From: an uncultured Gemmatimonadales bacterium
GTDB lineage: Bacteria > Gemmatimonadota > Gemmatimonadetes > Gemmatimonadales > GWC2-71-9
Assembly (NCBI GenBank): GCA_963771275.1
Contig: CAVYSW010000010.1
Coordinates: forward strand, 288,001-352,000
DNA length: 64,000 nucleotides
Direction of reading: 5' to 3'
Under the pieces are notes generated by a model. That model searched no databases, had not been told where the DNA came from, and saw only the letters and a program-made list of their open reading frames with translations. Of the stretch, positions 22,669 to 31,887 are shown piece after piece (position 1 is the first letter of the stretch; each line of letters starts with the position of its first letter). Both the position numbers and the translations under genes were made by a program.

Positions 22669-22714
22669 TTGACGGCGGCGACCGGAAGGGTCCATATTAT
22701 CGACATCGATAATA
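22669..22714 (+). promoter_or_regulatory. Sigma70-like promoter with palindromic operator (probable PadR site)
   Basis: TTGACG-N18-CATATT; perfect inverted repeat TATTATCGA-CA-TCGATAATA (22695-22714) over the -10. Confidence 0.7.
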
Positions 22715-22729
22715 CTCGGCGTCGACTAT

Positions 22730-23170
22730 ATGCCTTCCCCCACGAAACCGCCACCACGGCGCCCGGCCGTCCCCGCGCCCGGCGCGCAGCTCACCGCCCA
22801 GTCGCCGCTGTTCCACGGGCTCGTGCGGGGCCTCCTGCCGCTGTTCGTGCTGGTGCTGCTGCGTGAGGGGCCGCTGCATGGGATCGACGTGATGCGCTCG
22901 GTGGAGACGATGACGGGCGGGACGTGGAAACCCAGTCCCGGGTCGGTCTACCCGCTGCTGCGGCGGCTCGAGGAGGAAGGCCTGATCAAGGGAAGCTGGC
23001 AGCGGAGCCGCGCCGCGCCGAAGCGGGTGTATCGCCTGACCGCGCGCGGGCGGACCCAGGTCCCCGCCACCGGCCGCAGCGTGCTCAACGAGCTGTACGC
23101 GGCGCAGAAGATCGTCGACACCCACATCACGGCACTCGAGGCCGTGCTCGGTCTCCCTCCCCATGGGTAA
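22730..23170 (+). CDS. PadR-family transcriptional regulator
   Basis: LLREGPLHG...WKPSPGSVYPLLRRLEEEGLI...RVYRLTARG. Confidence 0.92.
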   Translation: MPSPTKPPPRRPAVPAPGAQLTAQSPLFHGLVRGLLPLFVLVLLREGPLHGIDVMRSVETMTGGTWKPSPGSVYPLLRRLEEEGLIKGSWQRSRAAPKRVYRLTARGRTQVPATGRSVLNELYAAQKIVDTHITALEAVLGLPPHG

Positions 23171-24131
23171 CGACGAGCTGGCGCGTCTGCACCTCGATCC
23201 CGAGGAGAAGCGGGCGGCGGGCGGCCGCCGCATCCTGCTGGCCGTCCCGGCGGCACTGCTCGTCGTGGGAGGGGTGCTGGCCGCCCTCCTGCTGCTGCGC
23301 CACCCTCCCGGCGCCGCGGCGGCCGGCGCCACCGACTCAACGGAGCTGAGCGCGTTGGTGCGGGCGGTGGGGCAGGGGCCGGGTGCCGCCGGCGAGAAGG
23401 TGATCGCCGCGGGCGGGTACGTGGAGGCACGGCGCCGCGCGTCGCTCTACCCCGGGCGCGACGGCATCGTGGCCCGCGTGCACGTGACGCTCGGCCAGCG
23501 CGTGCGGGCGGGGACCCTGCTGCTCGAGCTGGATACGTTGCTCGCTACCGCCCAGGCGCAGGCGGCGCGGGCCGATGCCGAGGCTGCCCGGGCCGACCTC
23601 GAGGACGCGCGCCGCAGCCTGGGACGGACCGAGACGTTGAGCACGAGCGGGTCGGTGACGCAGGACGAGGTGGACAAGGCCCGCTACCGCGTGCAGAGCC
23701 TCACGGCGCAGCTCGACGCGCTCGAGGCCCGCCGGCGCCTGGCGGAAGGGCAGCTCGCCCTGTCCTTCCTGCGGGCGCCGTTCGAGGGGGTCATCGTGCG
23801 GGTGGATCTCGAGCCTGGCGAGGTGGTGAGCCTGTTCGGGGTGCAGAGCGGCGTGGGCGCCATCGAGATCGCCGACCTGTCGGAGATCTGGGTGCGGATC
23901 GACGTCCCCGAGGACCGGATCGGCAGCGTGACGCTCGGGGCGCCCGCCGAGGTCGCCGTCGACGCGCTCGGGCCGGAGCCGCTCCAGGCGGCCGTCGTGG
24001 AGATCGCGCCGGTGGCGGACCGGCAGTCGAACACGGTGAAAGTGGCCGTGCGGGTGCTCGACCCGCCGGCGGTGCTGCGTCCGGACATGAGCGCGCGGGT
24101 CACGATCCGCCCGAAGGGGGAGCCAGAGTGA
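23163..24131 (+). CDS. Efflux membrane-fusion (periplasmic adaptor) protein
   Basis: N-terminal TM, lipoyl halves, alpha hairpin, LRAPFEG and LRPDMSARV. Confidence 0.9.
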   Translation: MGNDELARLHLDPEEKRAAGGRRILLAVPAALLVVGGVLAALLLLRHPPGAAAAGATDSTELSALVRAVGQGPGAAGEKVIAAGGYVEARRRASLYPGRDGIVARVHVTLGQRVRAGTLLLELDTLLATAQAQAARADAEAARADLEDARRSLGRTETLSTSGSVTQDEVDKARYRVQSLTAQLDALEARRRLAEGQLALSFLRAPFEGVIVRVDLEPGEVVSLFGVQSGVGAIEIADLSEIWVRIDVPEDRIGSVTLGAPAEVAVDALGPEPLQAAVVEIAPVADRQSNTVKVAVRVLDPPAVLRPDMSARVTIRPKGEPE

Positions 24132-24847
24132 GCGAGCGGCCGATCGTCGAGGCGCGCGGCCTCGTCAAGACGTATCGCAAGGGCGCGGCGGTGATCCGTC
24201 CGGTGAACGGGATCGATCTCGACGTCATGCCGGGCGAGTTTCTGGCCCTGATGGGGCCGAGCGGCTCGGGAAAGTCCACGCTGCTGCACCTGATCGGCGG
24301 GCTCGACCGGCCCGACGCGGGCCGCATTCGCGTGGGCGACGCCGAGCTGGGCGCGCTGGACGAGCAGAAGCTGTGCGCGTTCCGGGCGTCGCACGTGGGC
24401 TTCGTGTTCCAGGTCTACAACCTCGTGCCGGTGCTCACCGCGCGCGAGAACGTCGAGCTGCCGCTCAGGCTGCTGGCCGTGTCGAAGGCACGCCGCCGCC
24501 GCCAGGTGGACAGCGCGCTCGCCGTGGTCAACATGTCGGACCGGGCCAATCACCTTCCGTCCGAGCTCTCGGGCGGGGAAGAGCAGCGGGTCGCGATCGC
24601 GCGCGCGCTGGTGACCGATCCCCAGATCATCATCGCCGACGAGCCGACGGGCGACCTCGACGAGGAGTCGGGCCGGCAGGTCGTGGACATCCTGGCGGCC
24701 CTTGCGGCCGAGCACCAGAAGACCGTGATCATGGTGACGCACAATCCCGACGCGGCGGAGCGCGCGGATCGCATCCTCTACCTGCATCGCGGGCGGCTGG
24801 TGGACCGCAACCCGCGTGAGCGCAGGGCGGAGGAGCCGGCCCTGTGA
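24128..24847 (+). CDS. ABC transporter ATP-binding protein (MacB/LolD type)
   Basis: GPSGSGKST, LSGGEEQR, ADEPTG and VTHN. Confidence 0.93.
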   Translation: MSERPIVEARGLVKTYRKGAAVIRPVNGIDLDVMPGEFLALMGPSGSGKSTLLHLIGGLDRPDAGRIRVGDAELGALDEQKLCAFRASHVGFVFQVYNLVPVLTARENVELPLRLLAVSKARRRRQVDSALAVVNMSDRANHLPSELSGGEEQRVAIARALVTDPQIIIADEPTGDLDEESGRQVVDILAALAAEHQKTVIMVTHNPDAAERADRILYLHRGRLVDRNPRERRAEEPAL

Positions 24848-25974
24848 TCCTGCGGATGCTGCCGCTCGTGTGGCGCAACGTGTGGCGCAACCGGCGCCGC
24901 TCGGTGCTGACGCTGCTCGGCGTGGGCGTCGCGGTGTTCGTGCTCGCGGCGCTCGAGTCCGCGGTGGAAGGCATGACGTTCCCGATTCGCGAGGTGGGGA
25001 AGCAGGAGCTGCTCACGGTGCGCGAGGCCGCCCGCGCCAACGTGCTGGCGAGCCGCCTGCCCGCGACATACGAGGATCGGGTGGCGGCCGTGCCGGGCGT
25101 GCGCGCGGCCTCGGGCGTGCTCTCCGGGCTCGCCGTGGTCGGCGCCGACCGGGTGCACATCTTCGTGCGCGGCGTCGATCCCCTGCGCTATCGCGACGTC
25201 CAGCATCTCGTGCTCGATCCGGCGGCGTGGAGCGCGTTCCAGGCCGACCCGCGCGCGACCCTCGTGGGGCACCGCCTGCTCAAGCGCATGGGGTGGCAGG
25301 TCGGCGACGAGGTGGAGGTCGAGGCGCTGCGGCTCCGCGTGCGGATCGTCGGCGTGATCCCGGCGCAGGGAGTGGATCTCGAGAGCCACATGCTGGTGCG
25401 CCGGAGCTACCTCCAGGTGACGAGCGGCGCGGACGGGCAGATCAGCTTCGTCCTGGTGTCGCCGGTGGACGGGGCGCGCGCGACGGACGTGGCGGCCGCG
25501 ATCGACACGGCGCTGGCGCTGGCCTCGGTGCCGACCGCGACGACGTCGGCGGGGGCGTACGCGCAGGCGGTGATCGACGACTTCATGGGGTTCATCGAGT
25601 ACCTCAAGGTGATGGGCGCGATCACAATCCTGATCACGCTGCTCGGCGCGGCCAACGCCATCGCGATGAGCGTGCGTGAGCGGACGCGGGAGATCGGCGT
25701 GCTCAAGGCCCTGGGGTTCCGGCCCGGCCTCGTGCTCGCGCTGGTGCTCGGCGAGTCGCTGGCCCTCTCGATCATGGGCGGGGCGCTCGGCCTCGGCGGC
25801 GCAGCCCTCGCCATCGGCAGTCAGGCGGCGCGCCTGGCGGGTCTGATGCTGTCCGCCCCGACGGTGCTCATGGCGGTGGGAGCGTCGCTGCTGGTCGGTC
25901 TGGCGGGCGGGCTGCTCCCGGCGCTCGCCGCGGCGAACGTTCGCACGATCGAAGCCCTGCGCGGCATCGGGTAA
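24844..25974 (+). CDS. ABC permease (FtsX/MacB type)
   Basis: WRNRRRSVLTLLG and SVRERTREIGVLKALGF. Confidence 0.9.
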   Translation: MILRMLPLVWRNVWRNRRRSVLTLLGVGVAVFVLAALESAVEGMTFPIREVGKQELLTVREAARANVLASRLPATYEDRVAAVPGVRAASGVLSGLAVVGADRVHIFVRGVDPLRYRDVQHLVLDPAAWSAFQADPRATLVGHRLLKRMGWQVGDEVEVEALRLRVRIVGVIPAQGVDLESHMLVRRSYLQVTSGADGQISFVLVSPVDGARATDVAAAIDTALALASVPTATTSAGAYAQAVIDDFMGFIEYLKVMGAITILITLLGAANAIAMSVRERTREIGVLKALGFRPGLVLALVLGESLALSIMGGALGLGGAALAIGSQAARLAGLMLSAPTVLMAVGASLLVGLAGGLLPALAAANVRTIEALRGIG

Positions 25975-25984
25975 CGAGGTCGCC

Positions 25985-27109
25985 ATGGTACCTCTGCGCT
26001 ACACGTTCCGCAGCGTCGGGCAGCGCAAGACCCGCACGGCCATGACCGTGCTCGGGGTGGCGCTCGCCGTCGCGATTTACGCGGTGATGAGCGCAGTGGG
26101 CAGCACGATGGTGCGGAGCTTCCGCACCACCGGGGCGCCGGACGAGGTGGTGATCGCCCAGACCGGCGCCCTCACCACCGAGTTCTCCAACGTCCCGCGC
26201 GGATCGCTGGCGTACGTCCAGACCCTCGATGGCGTCGCGACGCGCGACGGGCGGCCGCTGGTGTCTCCGGAGCTGTGGCTGCAGTGCATTCTCCAGTCCG
26301 ACGGCAGCGGCCGCGACGTTTCCGTCCGGGGCGTCACGGGCATCGCGCCCCTGGTCTATCGCCAGGTGCGGCTTGCCGCAGGGCGCTGGCCGGGCACGGG
26401 GCACGAGGCCACGATGGGCCGCTCGGTGGCGGACCGGCTCGGGCTCGCCGTGGGGGACAGCACCCGGTTCGAGGGGGTCACCTGGACCGTCGTCGGCCTG
26501 CTCGACGCCGGCGGGCGCGTGTACGACCAGGAGATCTGGGTCGATCTCGACGAGCTGGCCGCCGCCGCGAACCGGCTGACCTACTCGAGCTACACGGTCG
26601 TGGCCAGGGACACGGCCGCCATTCCCTCACTGATCGAGGCCGTGAACGAGGGGCGACGCTACCCGATGGCCGCGCAGACGGCGGCCGCGTCCTACGCGCG
26701 CACCGGCGGCATGGAAGTGTTCATGGCGTACCTCGGCACGTTCATCGCGATCATCGTCGCCATCGGGGCGGGGTTCGCGGGGATGAACACGATGTACGCC
26801 GCCGTCGCGGGCCGGCGGCGCGAGATCGGCGTGCTGCGGGCGCTGGGGTTCGCTCGCACGGCGATTCTGACGTCGTTCCTGCTCGAGTCGCTGATGCTGT
26901 GCCTGCTGGGCGGCGCGATCGGCCTGGCGCTCGGGTTTGGTCTATCCATGGTTCGCGTCGACCTGCCGCTCCTGCCGTCGAGCCACGTCGCGCTCGGCGC
27001 GCAGCAAGTGGTGCGGTCCATCGCGCTGGCGCTGGGTGTGGGGGTGCTGGGCGGCGGGCTGCCCGCGCTCCGGGCTGCCCGCCTCGCCGTGGTGGACGCG
27101 CTGCGGTAG
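25985..27109 (+). CDS. ABC permease (FtsX/MacB type)
   Basis: RTAMTVLGVA and MNTMYAAVAGRRREIGVLRALGF. Confidence 0.9.
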   Translation: MVPLRYTFRSVGQRKTRTAMTVLGVALAVAIYAVMSAVGSTMVRSFRTTGAPDEVVIAQTGALTTEFSNVPRGSLAYVQTLDGVATRDGRPLVSPELWLQCILQSDGSGRDVSVRGVTGIAPLVYRQVRLAAGRWPGTGHEATMGRSVADRLGLAVGDSTRFEGVTWTVVGLLDAGGRVYDQEIWVDLDELAAAANRLTYSSYTVVARDTAAIPSLIEAVNEGRRYPMAAQTAAASYARTGGMEVFMAYLGTFIAIIVAIGAGFAGMNTMYAAVAGRRREIGVLRALGFARTAILTSFLLESLMLCLLGGAIGLALGFGLSMVRVDLPLLPSSHVALGAQQVVRSIALALGVGVLGGGLPALRAARLAVVDALR

Positions 27110-27142
27110 CCTCTCTCACTCTGAACCTGCTGGGTCGTGATC

Positions 27143-27235
27143 ACCGCAGAGCACGCGGAGATCGCAGAGGTGCACTGAGGTGAACGGCGGTGGTGCACCT
27201 CACCAACCCTCTGCGTTCTCTGCGTACTCCGCGGT
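27143..27235. repeat. Inverted nonamer-tandem hairpin element
   Basis: ACCGCAGAGCACGCGGAGATCGCAGAGG (27143-27170) matches the reverse complement of 27208-27235 at 24 of 28 positions. Confidence 0.8.
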
Positions 27236-27345
27236 AGCCGTGCCGTCCTCTCGCTGTACTCGACTGCCGGTGGCACCGGTCCTTGGCGGCGGCGTATACT
27301 TGAGCAGTTCCCAGCATACCGCCGCTCCCTCAGCAGGAGACGTCC

Positions 27346-30255
27346 GTGTCGAACGAGCGTGCCAAGGCCGAGCCGGCCGATCCCAGCCCAGTCGAGCATC
27401 CTGCCGTCACGCGGCGCGACTTTCTGCTCCGCGCCGGTCAGGTCGGCGGCGCCGTGCTCGTCGCGTCACCGGGCCTGCGCCGGGCGCTGGCCGCCGCGCC
27501 TCCGGCGGATCCCGCCACGGCCGCGCTCGGCGAGGCGTTCCCGGCGAGCGGGGCGCCCTACCCGGCCAGTCTCTACTCGGGTCTCCGCTGGCGCCTGCTC
27601 GGTCCGTTCCGCGGTGGGCGGGTCGATGCCGTGAGCGGCGTGCCGGGTCGGCCCAACGAGTTCTACTTCGGGTCGGTGAACGGCGGCGTGTGGAAGTCAA
27701 TCGACGCCGGCCGCGTCTGGAAGCCGGTGTTCGACGGGCAGCCGGTGGCGTCGATCGGCGCGCTCGCGGTCGCGCCATCCGCGCCGGACGTGATCTACGT
27801 GGGGAGCGGGGAGTCGACGCTGCGTGACTCCGTCGGGTACGGCGACGGCATGTACAAGTCGAGCGACGGGGGTCAGACCTGGGCGCACATCGGCCTCGCG
27901 GACACGCAGCACGTCGGCAAGATCGCCGTGCATCCGCGGAACCCGGACATCGTGTTCGTCGCCGCCATCGGGCATCTCTACGCGTCGAACCCGGAGCGCG
28001 GCCTGTTCCGCACGGCGGACGGCGGCAAGACGTGGCGCGAGGTTCTGGGCAGCGACGACCTCGGTGCCGTCGAGGTCGTAATCGACCCGACCGATCCGCA
28101 GGTGGTCTACGCCGGTCTGTGGAATGCGCGCCGCCCCCCCTGGTTCACGTACGCGCCGACCAACGGCCCGGGCGGCGGCATCTTCAAGTCGACCGATGGC
28201 GGCGCCACCTGGAAGCAGCTCACGACGGGCCTGCCGCCCGAGGGCATCGGCCGGACCGGCATCGCCGTGAGCCCGAGCCATCCACAGCGCGTGTACGCCG
28301 TCGTCGATTGCCTCGTGCCCGAGCCCGGCGCACCGCCCCCGCCGGCGGCGCCCGCCGGCGGGTTCGGCCGGGACGCCACGCCGCGGCAGGGCGGGCTGTT
28401 CCGCTCGGACGACGGGGGCGCCACGTGGAGCAGGGTCGCGTCCGACCAGGCGCTCTGGGGACGCGGCTGGTACTTCGAGCACGTCGCCGTGGATCCGCAG
28501 AACCCCGACCGGATCTATGTCTCGAACGTCTCGATCTCCCGCTCGGAGGACGGCGGCACGACGTGGGTGCCGCTCCGCGGCTCGCCCGGGGGCGACGACT
28601 ACAATGACATGTGGATTTCCGCGGTGGACCCAGACACCATGATCGTGGCGAGCGATCAGGGCTGCATCATCACGCGGAACGCCCGGACCGCCGATCCGCG
28701 CGACGTGACGTGGAGCTCGTGGTACAACCAGCCGACCGCCCAGCTCTACCATGTGTCGGTGGATCCGCGCTTCCCGTACTGGGTGACGGGCGCGCAGCAG
28801 GACAGCGGCGCGGTGGCGGTGCGTTCGCGCGGCAAGTTCGCCGAGATCTCGATGCGTGACTGGGAGCCGATCGGGGCGGGTGGCGAGAGCGGGTACACGG
28901 CGGGCGACCCGCTGCATCCAGGTATCCTGTATGGTGGCAGCGGCAGCCGCTACGATCTCGCGGCCAATCGCGCGGTTCCGGGCACCACGACCCCGCAGGG
29001 TCCCGAGCCGGAGCGCTCCGACTGGACGCAGCCGCTCGTGCTGTCGCGCGCCGATCCGCGCGCGCTGTACTACGCCAGCCAGTTCCTGTTCAAGTCCACC
29101 GACAGCGCGCGCTCGTGGACGCAGCTCAGTCCCGACTTGACGCGGCCCGATCCCGGCGTGCCGGCCAACCTCGACGCCGCGGCGGCGGCGCTGACGGACC
29201 GCAACGGCAAGCGCGGCGTGATCTACACCATCGCGCCGTCACCGCTGCTCGTCCCGATGGTCTGGGTGGGCACCGACGACGGCCTGATCCACGTCACCGT
29301 CAACGACGGCAAGACGTGGCAGAACGTGACGCCACCGGCGCTCACCGCGTGGAGCCGGGTGACGATGATCGAGGCCTCGCACTTCGACGTCGACACGGCC
29401 TACGCCAGCGTCGATCGCCATCAGTTGCAGGACTTCGAGCCCTACCTCTACCGCACGCGCGACCGGGGGAAGACCTGGCAGAAGATCGCCGCCGGCCTGC
29501 CGGCCGGGGTGTACGTGCACACGGTGAAGGAGGATCCCGCGCGGCGGGGGCTGCTGTTCGCCGGCACCGAGCGCGGGGCGTTCGTGTCGTTCGACGACGG
29601 CGACCATTGGCAGACGCTGCAGCTCAACCTGCCGGTGACGTCGATGCGGGACTTCGAGGTCTACGGCAACGACGTGATCGTGGCGACGCACGGCCGCGGA
29701 TTCTGGGTGATCGACGATATCAGCCCGCTGCGGCAGGTCGCCGACGCGGTGGCGCAGGCGGACGCGTTTCTCTTCCAGCCCGCCGACGCGATCCTGGTCG
29801 ACCAGGGGCGCGACAACGGGACGCCGTTCCAGAAGGACGAGCCACAGGCGGAGAACCCGGCGGACGGCGCGTACATCGATTACTACCTGAAGGCCGATGC
29901 GACGGGGCCGGTGACGCTGGAGATTCTCGCTGCGGGTGGCACGAGCCTCCAGTCGTTCACGACTCAGCGCCTGGGCGAACCCGCCGCCGGCGCCCCCGCC
30001 GGCAGGGCCGCGGGAATCCCCAACACGTCCGCGCTGTGGCGGCCGCCGCCGGAGCCGTTCTCGGGTGCCGCCGGCATGCACCGGGTGGCGTGGAGTCCCA
30101 ACGCCGGGCGCGGCCGCGGATTCGGGGGGCGCGGCGGGCCGCAGCGCCCGCCGGTCGCGCTCCCCGGCACGTTCACGGTGAAGCTCACCGTCGGCGGAGA
30201 GAGTTACACGCGGACCTTCACGGTGCAGCCCGATCCGCGAGGAAGCGAGGGGTAG
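27346..30255 (+). CDS. Tat-exported BNR/Asp-box (VPS10/sortilin-like) beta-propeller protein
   Basis: TRRDFL twin-arginine signal, WRLLGPFRGGR, many SxDGGxTW Asp-boxes and ATHGRGFW. Confidence 0.88.
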   Translation: MSNERAKAEPADPSPVEHPAVTRRDFLLRAGQVGGAVLVASPGLRRALAAAPPADPATAALGEAFPASGAPYPASLYSGLRWRLLGPFRGGRVDAVSGVPGRPNEFYFGSVNGGVWKSIDAGRVWKPVFDGQPVASIGALAVAPSAPDVIYVGSGESTLRDSVGYGDGMYKSSDGGQTWAHIGLADTQHVGKIAVHPRNPDIVFVAAIGHLYASNPERGLFRTADGGKTWREVLGSDDLGAVEVVIDPTDPQVVYAGLWNARRPPWFTYAPTNGPGGGIFKSTDGGATWKQLTTGLPPEGIGRTGIAVSPSHPQRVYAVVDCLVPEPGAPPPPAAPAGGFGRDATPRQGGLFRSDDGGATWSRVASDQALWGRGWYFEHVAVDPQNPDRIYVSNVSISRSEDGGTTWVPLRGSPGGDDYNDMWISAVDPDTMIVASDQGCIITRNARTADPRDVTWSSWYNQPTAQLYHVSVDPRFPYWVTGAQQDSGAVAVRSRGKFAEISMRDWEPIGAGGESGYTAGDPLHPGILYGGSGSRYDLAANRAVPGTTTPQGPEPERSDWTQPLVLSRADPRALYYASQFLFKSTDSARSWTQLSPDLTRPDPGVPANLDAAAAALTDRNGKRGVIYTIAPSPLLVPMVWVGTDDGLIHVTVNDGKTWQNVTPPALTAWSRVTMIEASHFDVDTAYASVDRHQLQDFEPYLYRTRDRGKTWQKIAAGLPAGVYVHTVKEDPARRGLLFAGTERGAFVSFDDGDHWQTLQLNLPVTSMRDFEVYGNDVIVATHGRGFWVIDDISPLRQVADAVAQADAFLFQPADAILVDQGRDNGTPFQKDEPQAENPADGAYIDYYLKADATGPVTLEILAAGGTSLQSFTTQRLGEPAAGAPAGRAAGIPNTSALWRPPPEPFSGAAGMHRVAWSPNAGRGRGFGGRGGPQRPPVALPGTFTVKLTVGGESYTRTFTVQPDPRGSEG

Positions 30256-30282
30256 CGGGGCGCCCGGGCGGGGCCTCGACCC

Positions 30283-31533
30283 TCAGGGTTCCCGGACGAT
30301 CACGCCGCCTTGCACGACGAGGCGAACCTGGCGCAGCGCGGCGATGTCGCGCGTCGGGTCGCCCTCCACGGCGATCAGGTCGGCCAGCAATCCCGGCCGG
30401 ACCGACCCGCGGCTCTGCTCGAGGCCGAGGATCTTCGCGTTGCCGGACGTCGCGGCGATCACGGCGTCCAGCGTGGGCAGGCCCCACCGCACCATGATCT
30501 CGAGCTCTCGCACGTTCTCGCCGTGCGGGAACACGCCGACGTCGCCCCCGAAGCAGATCGGCACGTGGGCCGCGAGCGCGGCCTGGAATGAAGCCCGCTT
30601 CTGGACGACCCGGATGGGCTCGGGGTCGACGCCCGGCTTCCAGCCGGCATAGCGCGCCACGGCATCGGTGGCGGCGACGGTGGGGCAGAGTGCCACGCCG
30701 CGCTGCGCCATCAGCTGGAACACCTCCGGCGTGCCGCCGTCGCCGTGCTCGATCGTCTTCACGCCGGCGAGCGTGGCCCGCCGCATGCCCTCCGCAGTCG
30801 CCGCGTGGGCGGACACGAAGCGCCCGCTGCTCGCCGCCACGCTCACGATCAGGTTCAGCTCGTCCTGGGTGAAGGTCGGCTCGGCCTCGCCGTTCGGCCC
30901 CCAGCGATAGTCAGCGTAGACCTTGATCCAGTCGGCGCCGCGGCCGGCCTGGTCGCGCACCACGCGGGTGAGCTCGTCCACGCCGTTCGCCGGCTCGCCG
31001 CCCAAGGGGAGCGACCACTCGGGCGCCCCTTTCGGGCCGTAGCTCCCGGTCGCGACGATGGCCCGGGTCGCCACGAGGAGGCGCGGGCCGGGGATGATGC
31101 CCTGGTCGATCGCCAGCTTGAGCCCGACGTCGGCGTAGCCTGCGCCCTCGGTGCCCAGGTCTCGCTCGGTGGTCACCCCCGCGAAGAGGGTGGCGCGCGC
31201 GGCGACGGTCGCACGGGCCACACGGAGCGCGAGCGGCTCGAACAGAACCTGATCGGTCCACGGCGTCTCGTCGTAGGGGTGAAGCAGCACGTGCGAGTGG
31301 CCCTCGATGAGCCCGGGGAGCAGGGTCATGCCCGGCAGCTCGAGCACCCGCGCGCCGGCCGGGCGCGCCTGGCCCACCGGGCCCACAGCCGCGATGCGCT
31401 CACCGTTCACCACCACTTCCCATCCGGCGTGTGTCGTACTGCCGTCGAAGACGCGGGCGGGGCGCAGGACGAGCGCGGTCTGCGCGCTCGCCGCAGAGGC
31501 GTACAGCAGCAGGCACAACGGAGCTGATCGCAT
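30283..31533 (-). CDS. Secreted amidohydrolase (Xaa-Pro dipeptidase-like)
   Basis: Signal peptide, PGLIEGHSH, TIEHG, FGGDVG and ADLIAVEGDP. Confidence 0.9.
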   Translation of the reverse strand: MRSAPLCLLLYASAASAQTALVLRPARVFDGSTTHAGWEVVVNGERIAAVGPVGQARPAGARVLELPGMTLLPGLIEGHSHVLLHPYDETPWTDQVLFEPLALRVARATVAARATLFAGVTTERDLGTEGAGYADVGLKLAIDQGIIPGPRLLVATRAIVATGSYGPKGAPEWSLPLGGEPANGVDELTRVVRDQAGRGADWIKVYADYRWGPNGEAEPTFTQDELNLIVSVAASSGRFVSAHAATAEGMRRATLAGVKTIEHGDGGTPEVFQLMAQRGVALCPTVAATDAVARYAGWKPGVDPEPIRVVQKRASFQAALAAHVPICFGGDVGVFPHGENVRELEIMVRWGLPTLDAVIAATSGNAKILGLEQSRGSVRPGLLADLIAVEGDPTRDIAALRQVRLVVQGGVIVREP

Positions 31534-31677
31534 GGGGCTCACCGGTGTTGGGGCGCAACCCGTGCTGGGCGCGCCGGTCGAGGGAGAGCGCAGGGAACCC
31601 GGCGCCTCAAGTTACGCATCGGGCCGGCCGAGGGGAGCGTCGCCGGTCGGCCCGCGAAACGGCCAGGCGCTCACCAC

Positions 31678-31706
31678 TGGCATCAGACCCGAAAGGCGAG
31701 TATTAT
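31678..31706 (+). promoter_or_regulatory. Candidate sigma70-type promoter upstream of the kinase array
   Basis: TGGCAT-N17-TATTAT. Confidence 0.45.
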
Positions 31707-31757
31707 CATCGACTTAGGCCACCCAGCTCCACCGCTGGCCAGATTCGCAGTCCTCGT

Positions 31758-31867
31758 CAATCGCGCGTGCCCGAGCACCGCCCGCAGGGTGGTGCGGTCA
31801 CGCTTTTGTGGACCCTGGAACGGGGCCGCCACCTGGCACGGCTGAAAGGGATCAAGCGCGCTTGCCC
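31758..31867 (+). ncRNA. Candidate structured RNA / cis-regulatory leader (family not recognised)
   Basis: Three adjacent hairpins (31775-31795, 31796-31814, 31825-31842) closed by pairing of 31758-31772 with 31848-31864. Confidence 0.4.
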
Positions 31868-31887
31868 GTCGTGACCGTGTCAGCCTG

